Source: Mytilus trossulus
Taxonomy: Eukaryota
Direction of reading: 5' to 3'
DNA: 64,000 nucleotides
Assembly (NCBI RefSeq): GCF_036588685.1
Contig: NW_026963333.1
Location: 1 to 64,000, forward strand
A program made the position numbers and the translations under genes. Numbering within the stretch: position 1 is the first letter of the stretch; the number at the start of each line of letters is the position of its first letter. Below the pieces are notes generated by a model. The model did not search any database and was not told where the DNA came from. It saw only the letters and a program-made list of their open reading frames with translations. Shown one piece after another: positions 52,701 to 64,000 of the stretch.

Positions 52701-55700
52701 TTCCACTTCTGAAATTCAAATAACCGCGCAGTTTGAGTCAAATTACAGGTTAAAATTGCAATTAACCATGTATTTTCGTAAACGTGTATATGAAATTATA
52801 AGGGAATACTGTAATTTGTGTCTACATAAGTCAGTACACACACAGTTTATCATCGGAAATTATAGGTTTTGTATTACAGTAAACTTAAATGTCGAAGTAT
52901 GCATTTGAAACACATTTGTATGTCAAACTTCGTCTGGAACATTCTATTTATAGCTAGAACGTATGCTTATGAAGCCGAAGATCTTTCGTATCAGTAACAA
53001 TATAAAAGAAAAACCTCACGCAACAATTAAAAATCAAATACAAAAAATAAAATGTTATCTAAGAAATTGAACTCTTTGGGTTCTTAATAAAATTAAAATA
53101 TGTGTTGTGATACCATGTACTTTGAAATCTTTGGGTTCCTAATAAAAATTTTAAAAAATGGGTTGGAATACTTATGTTTAATAATAAAGAGTGACTGCTT
53201 CAGTTATACTTTGCGGATGTTAAATTTCAGAAGCAGTACAAGTAAAAAGTGTATATTTGAAATTTAAAAAACAACAGCGTCAAACTAATAAATTCGTTAC
53301 TACAACAATTATTTTGAAAATAAGTTGAATTTTGATTTAGATTGGAATTGTTATTGTGTTTTAAATATAAACTTATATCCCGTTTGAATGGTTTTACACT
53401 AGTAATTTTGGGGCCCTTTATAGCTTGTTGTTCGGTGTGAGCCAAGGCTCCGTGTTGAAGGCCGTACTTTAACCTATAATAGTTTAATTTTTAAATTGTT
53501 ATTTGGATGGAGAGTTGTCTCTTTGGCACTCACACCACATCTTCCTATATCTATTATATGCATCTTTATTTGACTCCTCTAGATGATACGAAGAATGGAA
53601 CTTTATGTTACGCTTGTTCTGGTCAGCAGAGACCTGAATCCTGCCATACTGTATCTTTCTGTGAAAGTTTTGAGGTAAGATCAGTTTTGTTGGCTCTTAT
53701 TTACATTTTTTCATTCAAGGACTGCAGTTTATTTTTATTATTATTATCTACTAGCACTTCGTCGATACTAATACTGGTTGATTAGTAATCATGCAACATT
53801 TTCTTATCTTATATTAAGTGTTATCTTAATTTGGACTTCGTTTTAATTGGACTTCGTTTTGATTAAATTACAAAAAGAAGAAATTCAAATTTTCTTCTCC
53901 TTGTAATTTTGTTACTTTTCGATTATTTATTTCAAGCATTCAATATAAGAAAATGAAAACAACACTATAAATTGAACGCGTTCGAAAGATTTGTTTTATT
54001 TACATTCATCAGGAACGTTCAAAAGCGAACATTTGAAAGCCAACGATGTTTTTGAATCGGTAAAAAGATGATTATTTGTAATAAGATCAACTATTCCATT
54101 ACTAACGATCACCACATTTTAATAGTAAAGTTAAGATGGTTGACTGTAGGGAAACTTATCTGTTATCAATGTTATGAATTTAATGTATATAAAAAAAGTT
54201 AAAATAAAAAAGAACTCCCAGGAAAATTCAAAAAAGAAAGTCCCTGACCAAATGGCTAAATCAAACATTTCAGAAGCTCGAAAAAATGAAACTCGTCGAC
54301 TGGATAAAAACTGTCATATGCCTTTCTCTGTTGACACATTTGTTTGATTTTGTATTTTAACTGGTGAGGTCAGAAATCAAGACAAAGTTCAAGAGAAACA
54401 TCAAAGAAATTTTCAAACCCTTTAAGTCATAAAAAGATTGACTATCCTATGGGGAAAAAAAAACGGCGCACACCATAAAAGCCAAAGATTGAGCAACACG
54501 AACCCTACTAAAGTTTTTGACATAAGTCCCTTGTGAATTGAATTGAGAAATATAGAAATTGTAACAGATGAGTTGGGAACTGAAACAATGAAACGATGAG
54601 CCAATTGCAGTATTGTTTATTTATCTTTTTAGATGTGCTATTTAGAAGAAAAGTCTTATTTTGGAGAAAAGTTTTACAATAGTGGATGTAAAGTTAAGCA
54701 TGTAAGTTCATCTTGTACATTGCACTAAATTATAAAACTATGGCATACATGGATTAGCAGATAAACCGATTATAAAGATGTGAATGAGGTCGGATCTACT
54801 ATAGCCCTGAAAATTTGAGATTAATCTGTAAATAAAAATAAGAATAAATTTGATGTTAAAAGTAAAATCTTTGTAAGCCTTTGAGAAAATTAATCTCCCA
54901 AAACAACACCTCGATGGTCTCGTATAACGTTCATGTATTGACAAAATGAGTCGATATATACATCCTCCCAAATCCATTTAGCGATCCCCTGAAGCATTAC
55001 AAAGAACAGCATATACATGACACGTTATCTTTAATGATTTCCAAAACCAAAATATTTATATATCTTGGACTATTTGTTTTTGTTTTGTTTATAAAAGCTC
55101 ATTTCAAACAAGTAGTTCATTTATTTCACAGATTTGCGATGTCCAGTTTAATAAACCTATCGTTGGACGCCGATCTATTAAGCAATCCAGGTCAACATCA
55201 CAGCTATCATGCTGCGACAATAATCTTTGTAACGACATTGACCGTCTGCATGGACAAGTCCAATCGACTATTCAAACAACACCTGTTCACGTCTCTAATA
55301 GTACTCAAACAACACCTGTTCACGTCTCTGAAAGTACCACTAGAACTACAACAATGTCTTCAGGTATTTAAAGTACTATATTACTTACATTGGGATACTT
55401 TGTGTAATTAAAATCTGCAACACATGTCTTGATTTTCATACACAATATACAAATAAAACTACAACTTAAGAACAGATTATAAGTTAATGATTATCTGCAG
55501 ATTTTGTTTTATTCAAATAATCAATTTGAGGAAATTGTATATGCATTGTACCGGGGACTTAAAACTTTTATGAATTTTTACATGTAAAAAAAGACTCCAA
55601 AATTGCCATTTTTGATGAAGGATTTAACACCAACACTATACCTTATAAAGACGTTTGATTTAAAAATACAGCACATGTGCAAAGCACATAACTTTTAGAC

Positions 55701-58139
55701 GGAGTTGATACATCTCTATACTTTCTTTCTTTTTGTTCCAGAAGTGTCTTTGCTTTAAATGTCTAATAGTAAGTTTCAATAAATGTCGAATTATCAACTT
55801 TAAAATACTCAAACGAATATACGATTCAAGATATGGTGTTCTCCTGCATATGATCGATATTATGCATAAGTGAACCGTATTTTACGCTTTGTTGTGAGAA
55901 AAAAAAGAAATAACCAGAAAACTAGAGTTTAAAACCCAATGTATACGGATATTTGCTGAAAATATGTTATTAAAAATAATTTCATGTCAAACGTGTATAG
56001 CTTCTTTCATAATAACTTTAATGGCAAGAAATCACAAGCTGAATACACCACAAAGGTTTAAGATAAATGACTATGAAGTCATAATGAGTCATAATGGACT
56101 GCTGACTGAGGAACTGAATAATAAACAGAGACGAACAGACTTCAAACATAAGATCTTTTTGACTTGATTATAAGTAAAAATTGTCCGTCATCTGTCTTAT
56201 CTAACCGAAATGTATCATTATCAACTATTTGTTTTTTTGGAATTCAGCTGATGTTTGTTTTATTGTTAATTGATTTTCATTATAATTCAATAAAAAGGAA
56301 ACATCCATTTATATGAAAGTTTAATCATTAACAGCAAAATTTTTCCTCATCATACAGCTACCTCAATAATTTACTACGGCTGCTATATTTTGCATAAAAT
56401 GTTTGTTACGCAATGCTCTTCGACAACGGACTTTAAATTGATTGGCCATACAAGTTTTATTCGGGCGATTCTGTTCGTATATAAAGACGAAACAAGTATC
56501 TGGTAAACAAAATTATGATACAGGTATCTTCGATGACTTTTCCGTACAATTTACACAATTATGATTTGTTTTCAAAGGACCGCCTACAGAATGTGCTGAT
56601 ATAGCCTCAGATAAAGATGGAGTGTACACTATCATTCCAAAAGGAAGTTCTCAGGAAATATCAGTGTTCTGTATAATGAGAGGAGGAAACAAATGGACGG
56701 TAAACTTACAATATGTTTTTAGAGCGTTTACATTTTATGTGGTTTGCCTTCAACTGACTTTAATATCTTCCAAGTGCTGCTGTTACATTACATTATTCAT
56801 TTTGAGTTGCATGAAACCCGGTTTGCACTTTGACCTTGATAATATGGTAAATAAGAAGCAATCGTAGTATAAAGATGTTAATTAATTGTAAATCAATTTT
56901 AAATATACAAGTCATGAAAAAAACGAGAAAAATTCTGACCCCAGTAATAATCGAGACCGTGTGTGGCCAAAGAGTAAGTGCATGCAAATTCTAACTCCAT
57001 CAAACTGTTGCAATAGAGATTTCAAGACACATTCAATAAATTTACTGATTAAACGACTATCCAGTTATTTAACGAACCAAGACAAGTAACACATGTTTCT
57101 CGTGATTTTAAACACAGATAGCTAGTATTGGTAACAGGTTAACAAGAATATATATCGAAATCAAATCAATCCTATTATTTTGGTTGATCAAAATGTGTAT
57201 TTCATGTTTCGTTTAATGTAATACGAAAAAAAATCAATTCTTACGATTCTATTTCGCATTGTTTAATTAATATCTGTACTGTATCCTGTAGAAATATAGT
57301 GTTTACATTTTTGTCCTTTGTGTCTTGTTTATTTTGTGTAAAAATTAAAAGACAAACAGACAAACAATAGTACACATGACACAACAAAGAAAACTAAAGA
57401 TTAGCAACACGAACCCCACCAAAACTTGGGGTGATCTCAGCTATGTGCTCCGGAAGGGTAAGCAGATCCTGCTCCACATGTGGCACCCGTCGTGTTGGTC
57501 ATGTTATATCAAATCCGGTAAGTAGTCTAATTCGGTAGGTCACTTTCATGGAAGGGAAGGGGATTGTAGTTGCGACATAAGGAACATATCCGATATCATC
57601 TGTGAAACGGTTATTCCATAACGGTCAACCAACTCGTGATGGCGTCCGTAAAATTTACGAAGTGATGATAAATATATTTGCTTAAATTTACTAGTAATAT
57701 AAACATTATAACAAAGAGTTGTTTTGAACTTGCCAAGGAGGGACACTACCAACAATAACAAAACTGACTAGACTTTAAACAAGTACATGTCAGCGTTAGC
57801 GAATTTCTAATCCCAATTAAAATAAAGATCCAACGGAGGAGAAAAAAGTTATATAACATATGTAATGTAAGGAGCACTTCAGTGCTGCATAAAAATCCCG
57901 AATCATTACTTTCACTCATTTCAATACAGTGTGTCCTCGTCGTTACATACTAATAAATACATAAACAAGTAAATAACATCTAATTGGTAGAATACTAAAT
58001 GTCATTCAGTAGATAAATAACATAGGAGAGGAATAATTTTAGGTTATACAGAGAAGGATAAATGGAACAGAAGATTTTTATAGAACTTGTTCGGAGTATA
58101 AAACTGGGTTTGGTACTGTTCAGACAGAGTATTGGCTAG
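46792..58139 (+). CDS. 5' part of a secreted protein: signal peptide, 2x Ly6/uPAR (three-finger)-like domains, Thr/Ser linker, N-terminal half of a fibrinogen domain
   Basis: Phase-compatible exons: 46792-46807 (MRRII; tentative, weak donor), 48594-48632 (VFILLALFSKSTF), 49893-49969 (ALTCFDCQNISHPRFCEQVRKCKDNQ), 51108-51179 (ICGLERE...NVGCMTPQ), 52359-52455 (VCD...CLSCCSTDLCNTNGC), 53583-53674 (TLCYACSGQQRPESCHTVSFCESFE), 54633-54701 (MCYLEE...NSGCKVKH), 55132-55363 (ICD...SCCDNNLCN + T/S linker), 56578-56699 (GPPTECADI...GVYTI.P......VFC.M....WT), 58043-58139 (VIQRRINGTEDFYRTCSEYKTGFGTVQTEYWL). No downstream exon on this strand. Confidence 0.85.
47378..47472 (+). repeat. Degenerate tRNA-like sequence (tRNA-derived SINE head or pseudo-tRNA)
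   Basis: A-box-like tagtcgagaggtcta and B-box gttcgaatcc about 70 bp apart; no clean cloverleaf seen. Confidence 0.5.
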
Positions 58140-61100
58140 GTAATAAAACACTATAATAGTATTTTTATAGATTCTGACTTAATTTAATATCTCAAAATAA
58201 GTAAAGGTTATGGCATGTTATCTATTTCTCGTACGAAGAGGTATAATTGTTCGTGTCTCAATGCAAAAAGTAACGACGAGGACACACTGTATTGAAATGA
58301 GTGAAAGTAATGATTCGGAATTTTTATGCAGCACTGAAGTGCTCCTTACATTACATATGTTATATAACTTTTTTCTCCTCCGTTGGATCTTTATTTTAAT
58401 TGGGATTAGAAATTCGCTAACGCTGACATGTACTTGTTTAAAGTCTAGTCAGTTTTGTTATTGTTGGTAGTGTCCCTCCTTGGCAAGTTCAAAACAACTC
58501 TTTGTTATAATGTTTATATTACTAGTAAATTTAAGCAAATATATTTATCATCACTTCGTAAATTTTACGGACGCCATCACGAGTTGGTTGACCGTTATGG
58601 AATAACCGTTTCACAGATGATATCGGATATGTTCCTTATGTCGCAACTACAATCCCCTTCCCTTCCATGAAAGTGACCTACCGAATTAGACTACTTACCG
58701 GATTTGATATAACATGACCAACACGACGGGTGCCACATGTGGAGCAGGATCTGCTTACCCTTTACAATGCGAAATAGAATCGTAAGAATTGATTTTTTTT
58801 CGTATTACATTAAACGAAACATGAAATACACATTTTGATCAACCAAAATAATAGGATTGATTTGATTTCGATATATATTCTTGTTAACCTGTTACCAATA
58901 CTAGCTATCTGTGTTTAAAATCACGAGAAACATGTGTTACTTGTCTTGGTTCGTTAAATAACTGGATAGTCGTTTAATCAGTAAATTTATTGAATGTGTC
59001 TTGAAATCTCTATTGCAACAGTTTGATGGAGTTAGAATTTGCATGCACTTACTCTTTGGCCACACACGGTCTCGATTATTACTGGGGTCAGAATTTTTCT
59101 CGTTTTTTTCATGACTTGTATATTTAAAATTGATTTACAATTAATTAACATCTTTATACTACGATTGCTTCTTATTTACCATATTATCAAGGTCAAAGTG
59201 CAAACCGGGTTTCATGCAACTCAAAATGAATAATGTAATGTAACAGCAGCACTTGGAAGATATTAAAGTCAGTTGAAGGCAAACCACATAAAATGTAAAC
59301 GCTCTAAAAACATATTGTAAGTTTACCGTCCATTTGTTTCCTCCTCTCATTATACAGAACACTGATATTTCCTGAGAACTTCCTTTTGGAATGATAGTGT
59401 ACACTCCATCTTTATCTGAGGCTATATCAGCACATTCTGTAGGCGGTCCTTTGAAAACAAATCATAATTGTGTAAATTGTACGGAAAAGTCATCGAAGAT
59501 ACCTGTATCATAATTTTGTTTACCAGATACTTGTTTCGTCTTTATATACGAACAGAATCGCCCGAATAAAACTTGTATGGCCAATCAATTTAAAGTCCGT
59601 TGTCGAAGAGCATTGCGTAACAAACATTTTATGCAAAATATAGCAGCCGTAGTAAATTATTGAGGTAGCTGTATGATGAGGAAAAATTTTGCTGTTAATG
59701 ATTAAACTTTCATATAAATGGATGTTTCCTTTTTATTGAATTATAATGAAAATCAATTAACAATAAAACAAACATCAGCTGAATTCCAAAAAAACAAATA
59801 GTTGATAATGATACATTTCGGTTAGATAAGACAGATGACGGACAATTTTTACTTATAATCAAGTCAAAAAGATCTTATGTTTGAAGTCTGTTCGTCTCTG
59901 TTTATTATTCAGTTCCTCAGTCAGCAGTCCATTATGACTCATTATGACTTCATAGTCATTTATCTTAAACCTTTGTGGTGTATTCAGCTTGTGATTTCTT
60001 GCCATTAAAGTTATTATGAAAGAAGCTATACACGTTTGACATGAAATTATTTTTAATAACATATTTTCAGCAAATATCCGTATACATTGGGTTTTAAACT
60101 CTAGTTTTCTGGTTATTTCTTTTTTTTCTCACAACAAAGCGTAAAATACGGTTCACTTATGCATAATATCGATCATATGCAGGAGAACACCATATCTTGA
60201 ATCGTATATTCGTTTGAGTATTTTAAAGTTGATAATTCGACATTTATTGAAACTTACTATTAGACATTTAAAGCAAAGACACTTCTGGAACAAAAAGAAA
60301 GAAAGTATAGAGATGTATCAACTCCGTCTAAAAGTTATGTGCTTTGCACATGTGCTGTATTTTTAAATCAAACGTCTTTATAAGGTATAGTGTTGGTGTT
60401 AAATCCTTCATCAAAAATGGCAATTTTGGAGTCTTTTTTTACATGTAAAAATTCATAAAAGTTTTAAGTCCCCGGTACAATGCATATACAATTTCCTCAA
60501 ATTGATTATTTGAATAAAACAAAATCTGCAGATAATCATTAACTTATAATCTGTTCTTAAGTTGTAGTTTTATTTGTATATTGTGTATGAAAATCAAGAC
60601 ATGTGTTGCAGATTTTAATTACACAAAGTATCCCAATGTAAGTAATATAGTACTTTAAATACCTGAAGACATTGTTGTAGTTCTAGTGGTACTTTCAGAG
60701 ACGTGAACAGGTGTTGTTTGAGTACTATTAGAGACGTGAACAGGTGTTGTTTGAATAGTCGATTGGACTTGTCCATGCAGACGGTCAATGTCGTTACAAA
60801 GATTATTGTCGCAGCATGATAGCTGTGATGTTGACCTGGATTGCTTAATAGATCGGCGTCCAACGATAGGTTTATTAAACTGGACATCGCAAATCTGTGA
60901 AATAAATGAACTACTTGTTTGAAATGAGCTTTTATAAACAAAACAAAAACAAATAGTCCAAGATATATAAATATTTTGGTTTTGGAAATCATTAAAGATA
61001 ACGTGTCATGTATATGCTGTTCTTTGTAATGCTTCAGGGGATCGCTAAATGGATTTGGGAGGATGTATATATCGACTCATTTTGTCAATACATGAACGTT

Positions 61101-64000
61101 ATACGAGACCATCGAGGTGTTGTTTTGGGAGATTAATTTTCTCAAAGGCTTACAAAGATTTTACTTTTAACATCAAATTTATTCTTATTTTTATTTACAG
61201 ATTAATCTCAAATTTTCAGGGCTATAGTAGATCCGACCTCATTCACATCTTTATAATCGGTTTATCTGCTAATCCATGTATGCCATAGTTTTATAATTTA
61301 GTGCAATGTACAAGATGAACTTACATGCTTAACTTTACATCCACTATTGTAAAACTTTTCTCCAAAATAAGACTTTTCTTCTAAATAGCACATCTAAAAA
61401 GATAAATAAACAATACTGCAATTGGCTCATCGTTTCATTGTTTCAGTTCCCAACTCATCTGTTACAATTTCTATATTTCTCAATTCAATTCACAAGGGAC
61501 TTATGTCAAAAACTTTAGTAGGGTTCGTGTTGCTCAATCTTTGGCTTTTATGGTGTGCGCCGTTTTTTTTTCCCCATAGGATAGTCAATCTGTTTATGAC
61601 TTAAAGGGTTTGAAAATTTCTTTGATGTTTCTCTTGAACTTTGTCTTGATTTCTGACCTCACCAGTTAAAATACAAAATCAAACAAATGTGTCAACAGAG
61701 AAAGGCATATGACAGTTTTTATCCAGTCGACGAGTTTCATTTTTTCGAGCTTCTGAAATGTTTGATTTAGCCATTTGGTCAGGGACTTTCTTTTTTGAAT
61801 TTTCCTGGGAGTTCTTTTTTATTTTAACTTTTTTTATATACATTAAATTCATAACATTGATAACAGATAAGTTTCCCTACAGTCAACCATCTTAACTTTA
61901 CTATTAAAATGTGGTGATCGTTAGTAATGGAATAGTTGATCTTATTACAAATAATCATCTTTTTACCGATTCAAAAACATCGTTGGCTTTCAAATGTTCG
62001 CTTTTGAACGTTCCTGATGAATGTAAATAAAACAAATCTTTCGAACGCGTTCAATTTATAGTGTTGTTTTCATTTTCTTATATTGAATGCTTGAAATAAA
62101 TAATCGAAAAGTAACAAAATTACAAGGAGAAGAAAATTTGAATTTCTTCTTTTTGTAATTTAATCAAAACGAAGTCCAATTAAAACGAAGTCCAAATTAA
62201 GATAACACTTAATATAAGATAAGAAAATGTTGCATGATTACTAATCAACCAGTATTAGTATCGACGAAGTGCTAGTAGATAATAATAATAAAAATAAACT
62301 GCAGTCCTTGAATGAAAAAATGTAAATAAGAGCCAACAAAACTGATCTTACCTCAAAACTTTCACAGAAAGATACAGTATGGCAGGATTCAGGTCTCTGC
62401 TGACCAGAACAAGCGTAACATAAAGTTCCATTCTTCGTATCATCTAGAGGAGTCAAATAAAGATGCATATAATAGATATAGGAAGATGTGGTGTGAGTGC
62501 CAAAGAGACAACTCTCCATCCAAATAACAATTTAAAAATTAAACTATTATAGGTTAAAGTACGGCCTTCAACACGGAGCCTTGGCTCACACCGAACAACA
62601 AGCTATAAAGGGCCCCAAAATTACTAGTGTAAAACCATTCAAACGGGATATAAGTTTATATTTAAAACACAATAACAATTCCAATCTAAATCAAAATTCA
62701 ACTTATTTTCAAAATAATTGTTGTAGTAACGAATTTATTAGTTTGACGCTGTTGTTTTTTAAATTTCAAATATACACTTTTTACTTGTACTGCTTCTGAA
62801 ATTTAACATCCGCAAAGTATAACTGAAGCAGTCACTCTTTATTATTAAACATAAGTATTCCAACCCATTTTTTAAAATTTTTATTAGGAACCCAAAGATT
62901 TCAAAGTACATGGTATCACAACACATATTTTAATTTTATTAAGAACCCAAAGAGTTCAATTTCTTAGATAACATTTTATTTTTTGTATTTGATTTTTAAT
63001 TGTTGCGTGAGGTTTTTCTTTTATATTGTTACTGATACGAAAGATCTTCGGCTTCATAAGCATACGTTCTAGCTATAAATAGAATGTTCCAGACGAAGTT
63101 TGACATACAAATGTGTTTCAAATGCATACTTCGACATTTAAGTTTACTGTAATACAAAACCTATAATTTCCGATGATAAACTGTGTGTGTACTGACTTAT
63201 GTAGACACAAATTACAGTATTCCCTTATAATTTCATATACACGTTTACGAAAATACATGGTTAATTGCAATTTTAACCTGTAATTTGACTCAAACTGCGC
63301 GGTTATTTGAATTTCAGAAGTGGAACCAATAGAAATGATTGTGATCAATATAATGTAACGAATACTAAATCAAAATAATAATTGAGCATAAATTCAATAC
63401 AGCAAAACAAAAAAAAATAAACCAAACCCCTTACATAAATGTAAAATCCCAAAACAAAACTAAAGCAGCAAAATCAACTAAACAAGAATGAACTATCTCA
63501 ATTCCAAATAAAACATAAAAAGAAGCACAAACACAAAAAGACAAACGTAAAATTTAGGCGATAAGATTACCTTGTTCACCACATCCATTGGTGTTACAGA
63601 GATCTGTCGAACAGCAACTCAGACAAGGCTGATTTGTACCCACTCCTACACTGCTGGTGTCGCATACCTGAAACAATTGTTTGATAGTACCATACATTAA
63701 TCAGTTACTAGTCTAGTAACTCAGATACCAGAATAGTAGAGTTAAGTTTATTGAATAAAATTACTTGAGCGAGAAACTGAGTTTTATGTTCAATTAACGT
63801 CTGGAATTAAATGTGTCTTGAAGTGTAAAACATACAATTCAAGTTCAACATTAAAGTAACTTTCTTTCAAATATTAAGTAAACCAATTTATAAGTATTTC
63901 AAATATATGTAGTCTGTTTAACATAAACGTCGTGAAGATGAATTCCTTGTAATGCCTATTGATCATGCTAAATAATCAGATCTTACTTTCGGAGCAATAT
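52026..64000. repeat. Palindrome 2: arms <=52026-57946 and 58270->=64000, spacer 57947-58269 (323 bp); the outer boundary lies outside the window
   Basis: Mirror ORF coordinate sums are 116026 (outer) and 116216 (inner). The difference is a ~190-bp segment (57263-57453) missing from the right arm; there are rare substitutions (~54434, ~57897). Confidence 0.98.
59327..63667 (-). CDS. Minus-strand copy of the Ly6-Ly6-fibrinogen gene exons (continues beyond the window)
   Basis: Mirror exons 63667-63571, 62443-62352, 61393-61325, 60894-60663 and 59448-59327. Confidence 0.8.

Noticed and set aside
55034-55411. 125-aa ORF from the track (mirror 60615-60992)
   Set aside because: Wrong frame; the spliced exon 55132-55363 in another frame carries the CC..NLCN motif.

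Overview
AT-rich eukaryotic DNA with spliceosomal introns; the repeat families and gene content suggest a bivalve mollusc, probably Mytilus-like (inference). Most ORFs in the supplied track are intronic or repeat-derived; the real genes are multi-exon. From left to right: (1) the 3' half of a thrombospondin-superfamily gene (+; TSP type-3 repeats, TSP C-terminal domain, extra LamG/ConA-like domain), with a 67-bp exon-derived minisatellite and a LINE fragment in one intron. (2) A near-perfect palindrome with ~8.87-kb arms (4011-12883 / 14028-22898) and a 1.14-kb spacer. (3) A tandem cluster of four paralogues of a small secreted-precursor gene (-), one of them cut off just after its ATG by the palindrome junction; two end in an N-masked CAG/GCA-type repeat and sit next to decayed Polinton-type protease remnants. 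(4) The 5' part of a gene encoding signal peptide + two Ly6/uPAR-like domains + Thr/Ser linker + fibrinogen domain. (5) A second palindrome (arms >=5.7 kb, running off the window; 323-bp spacer). The main observation: each palindrome spacer holds one single-copy exon of the fibrinogen domain, and the two exons are consecutive. As assembled the gene is split into halves in swapped order, but inverting both spacers would rebuild one intact minus-strand gene. This is either an assembly orientation error or a real rearranged or invertible locus.
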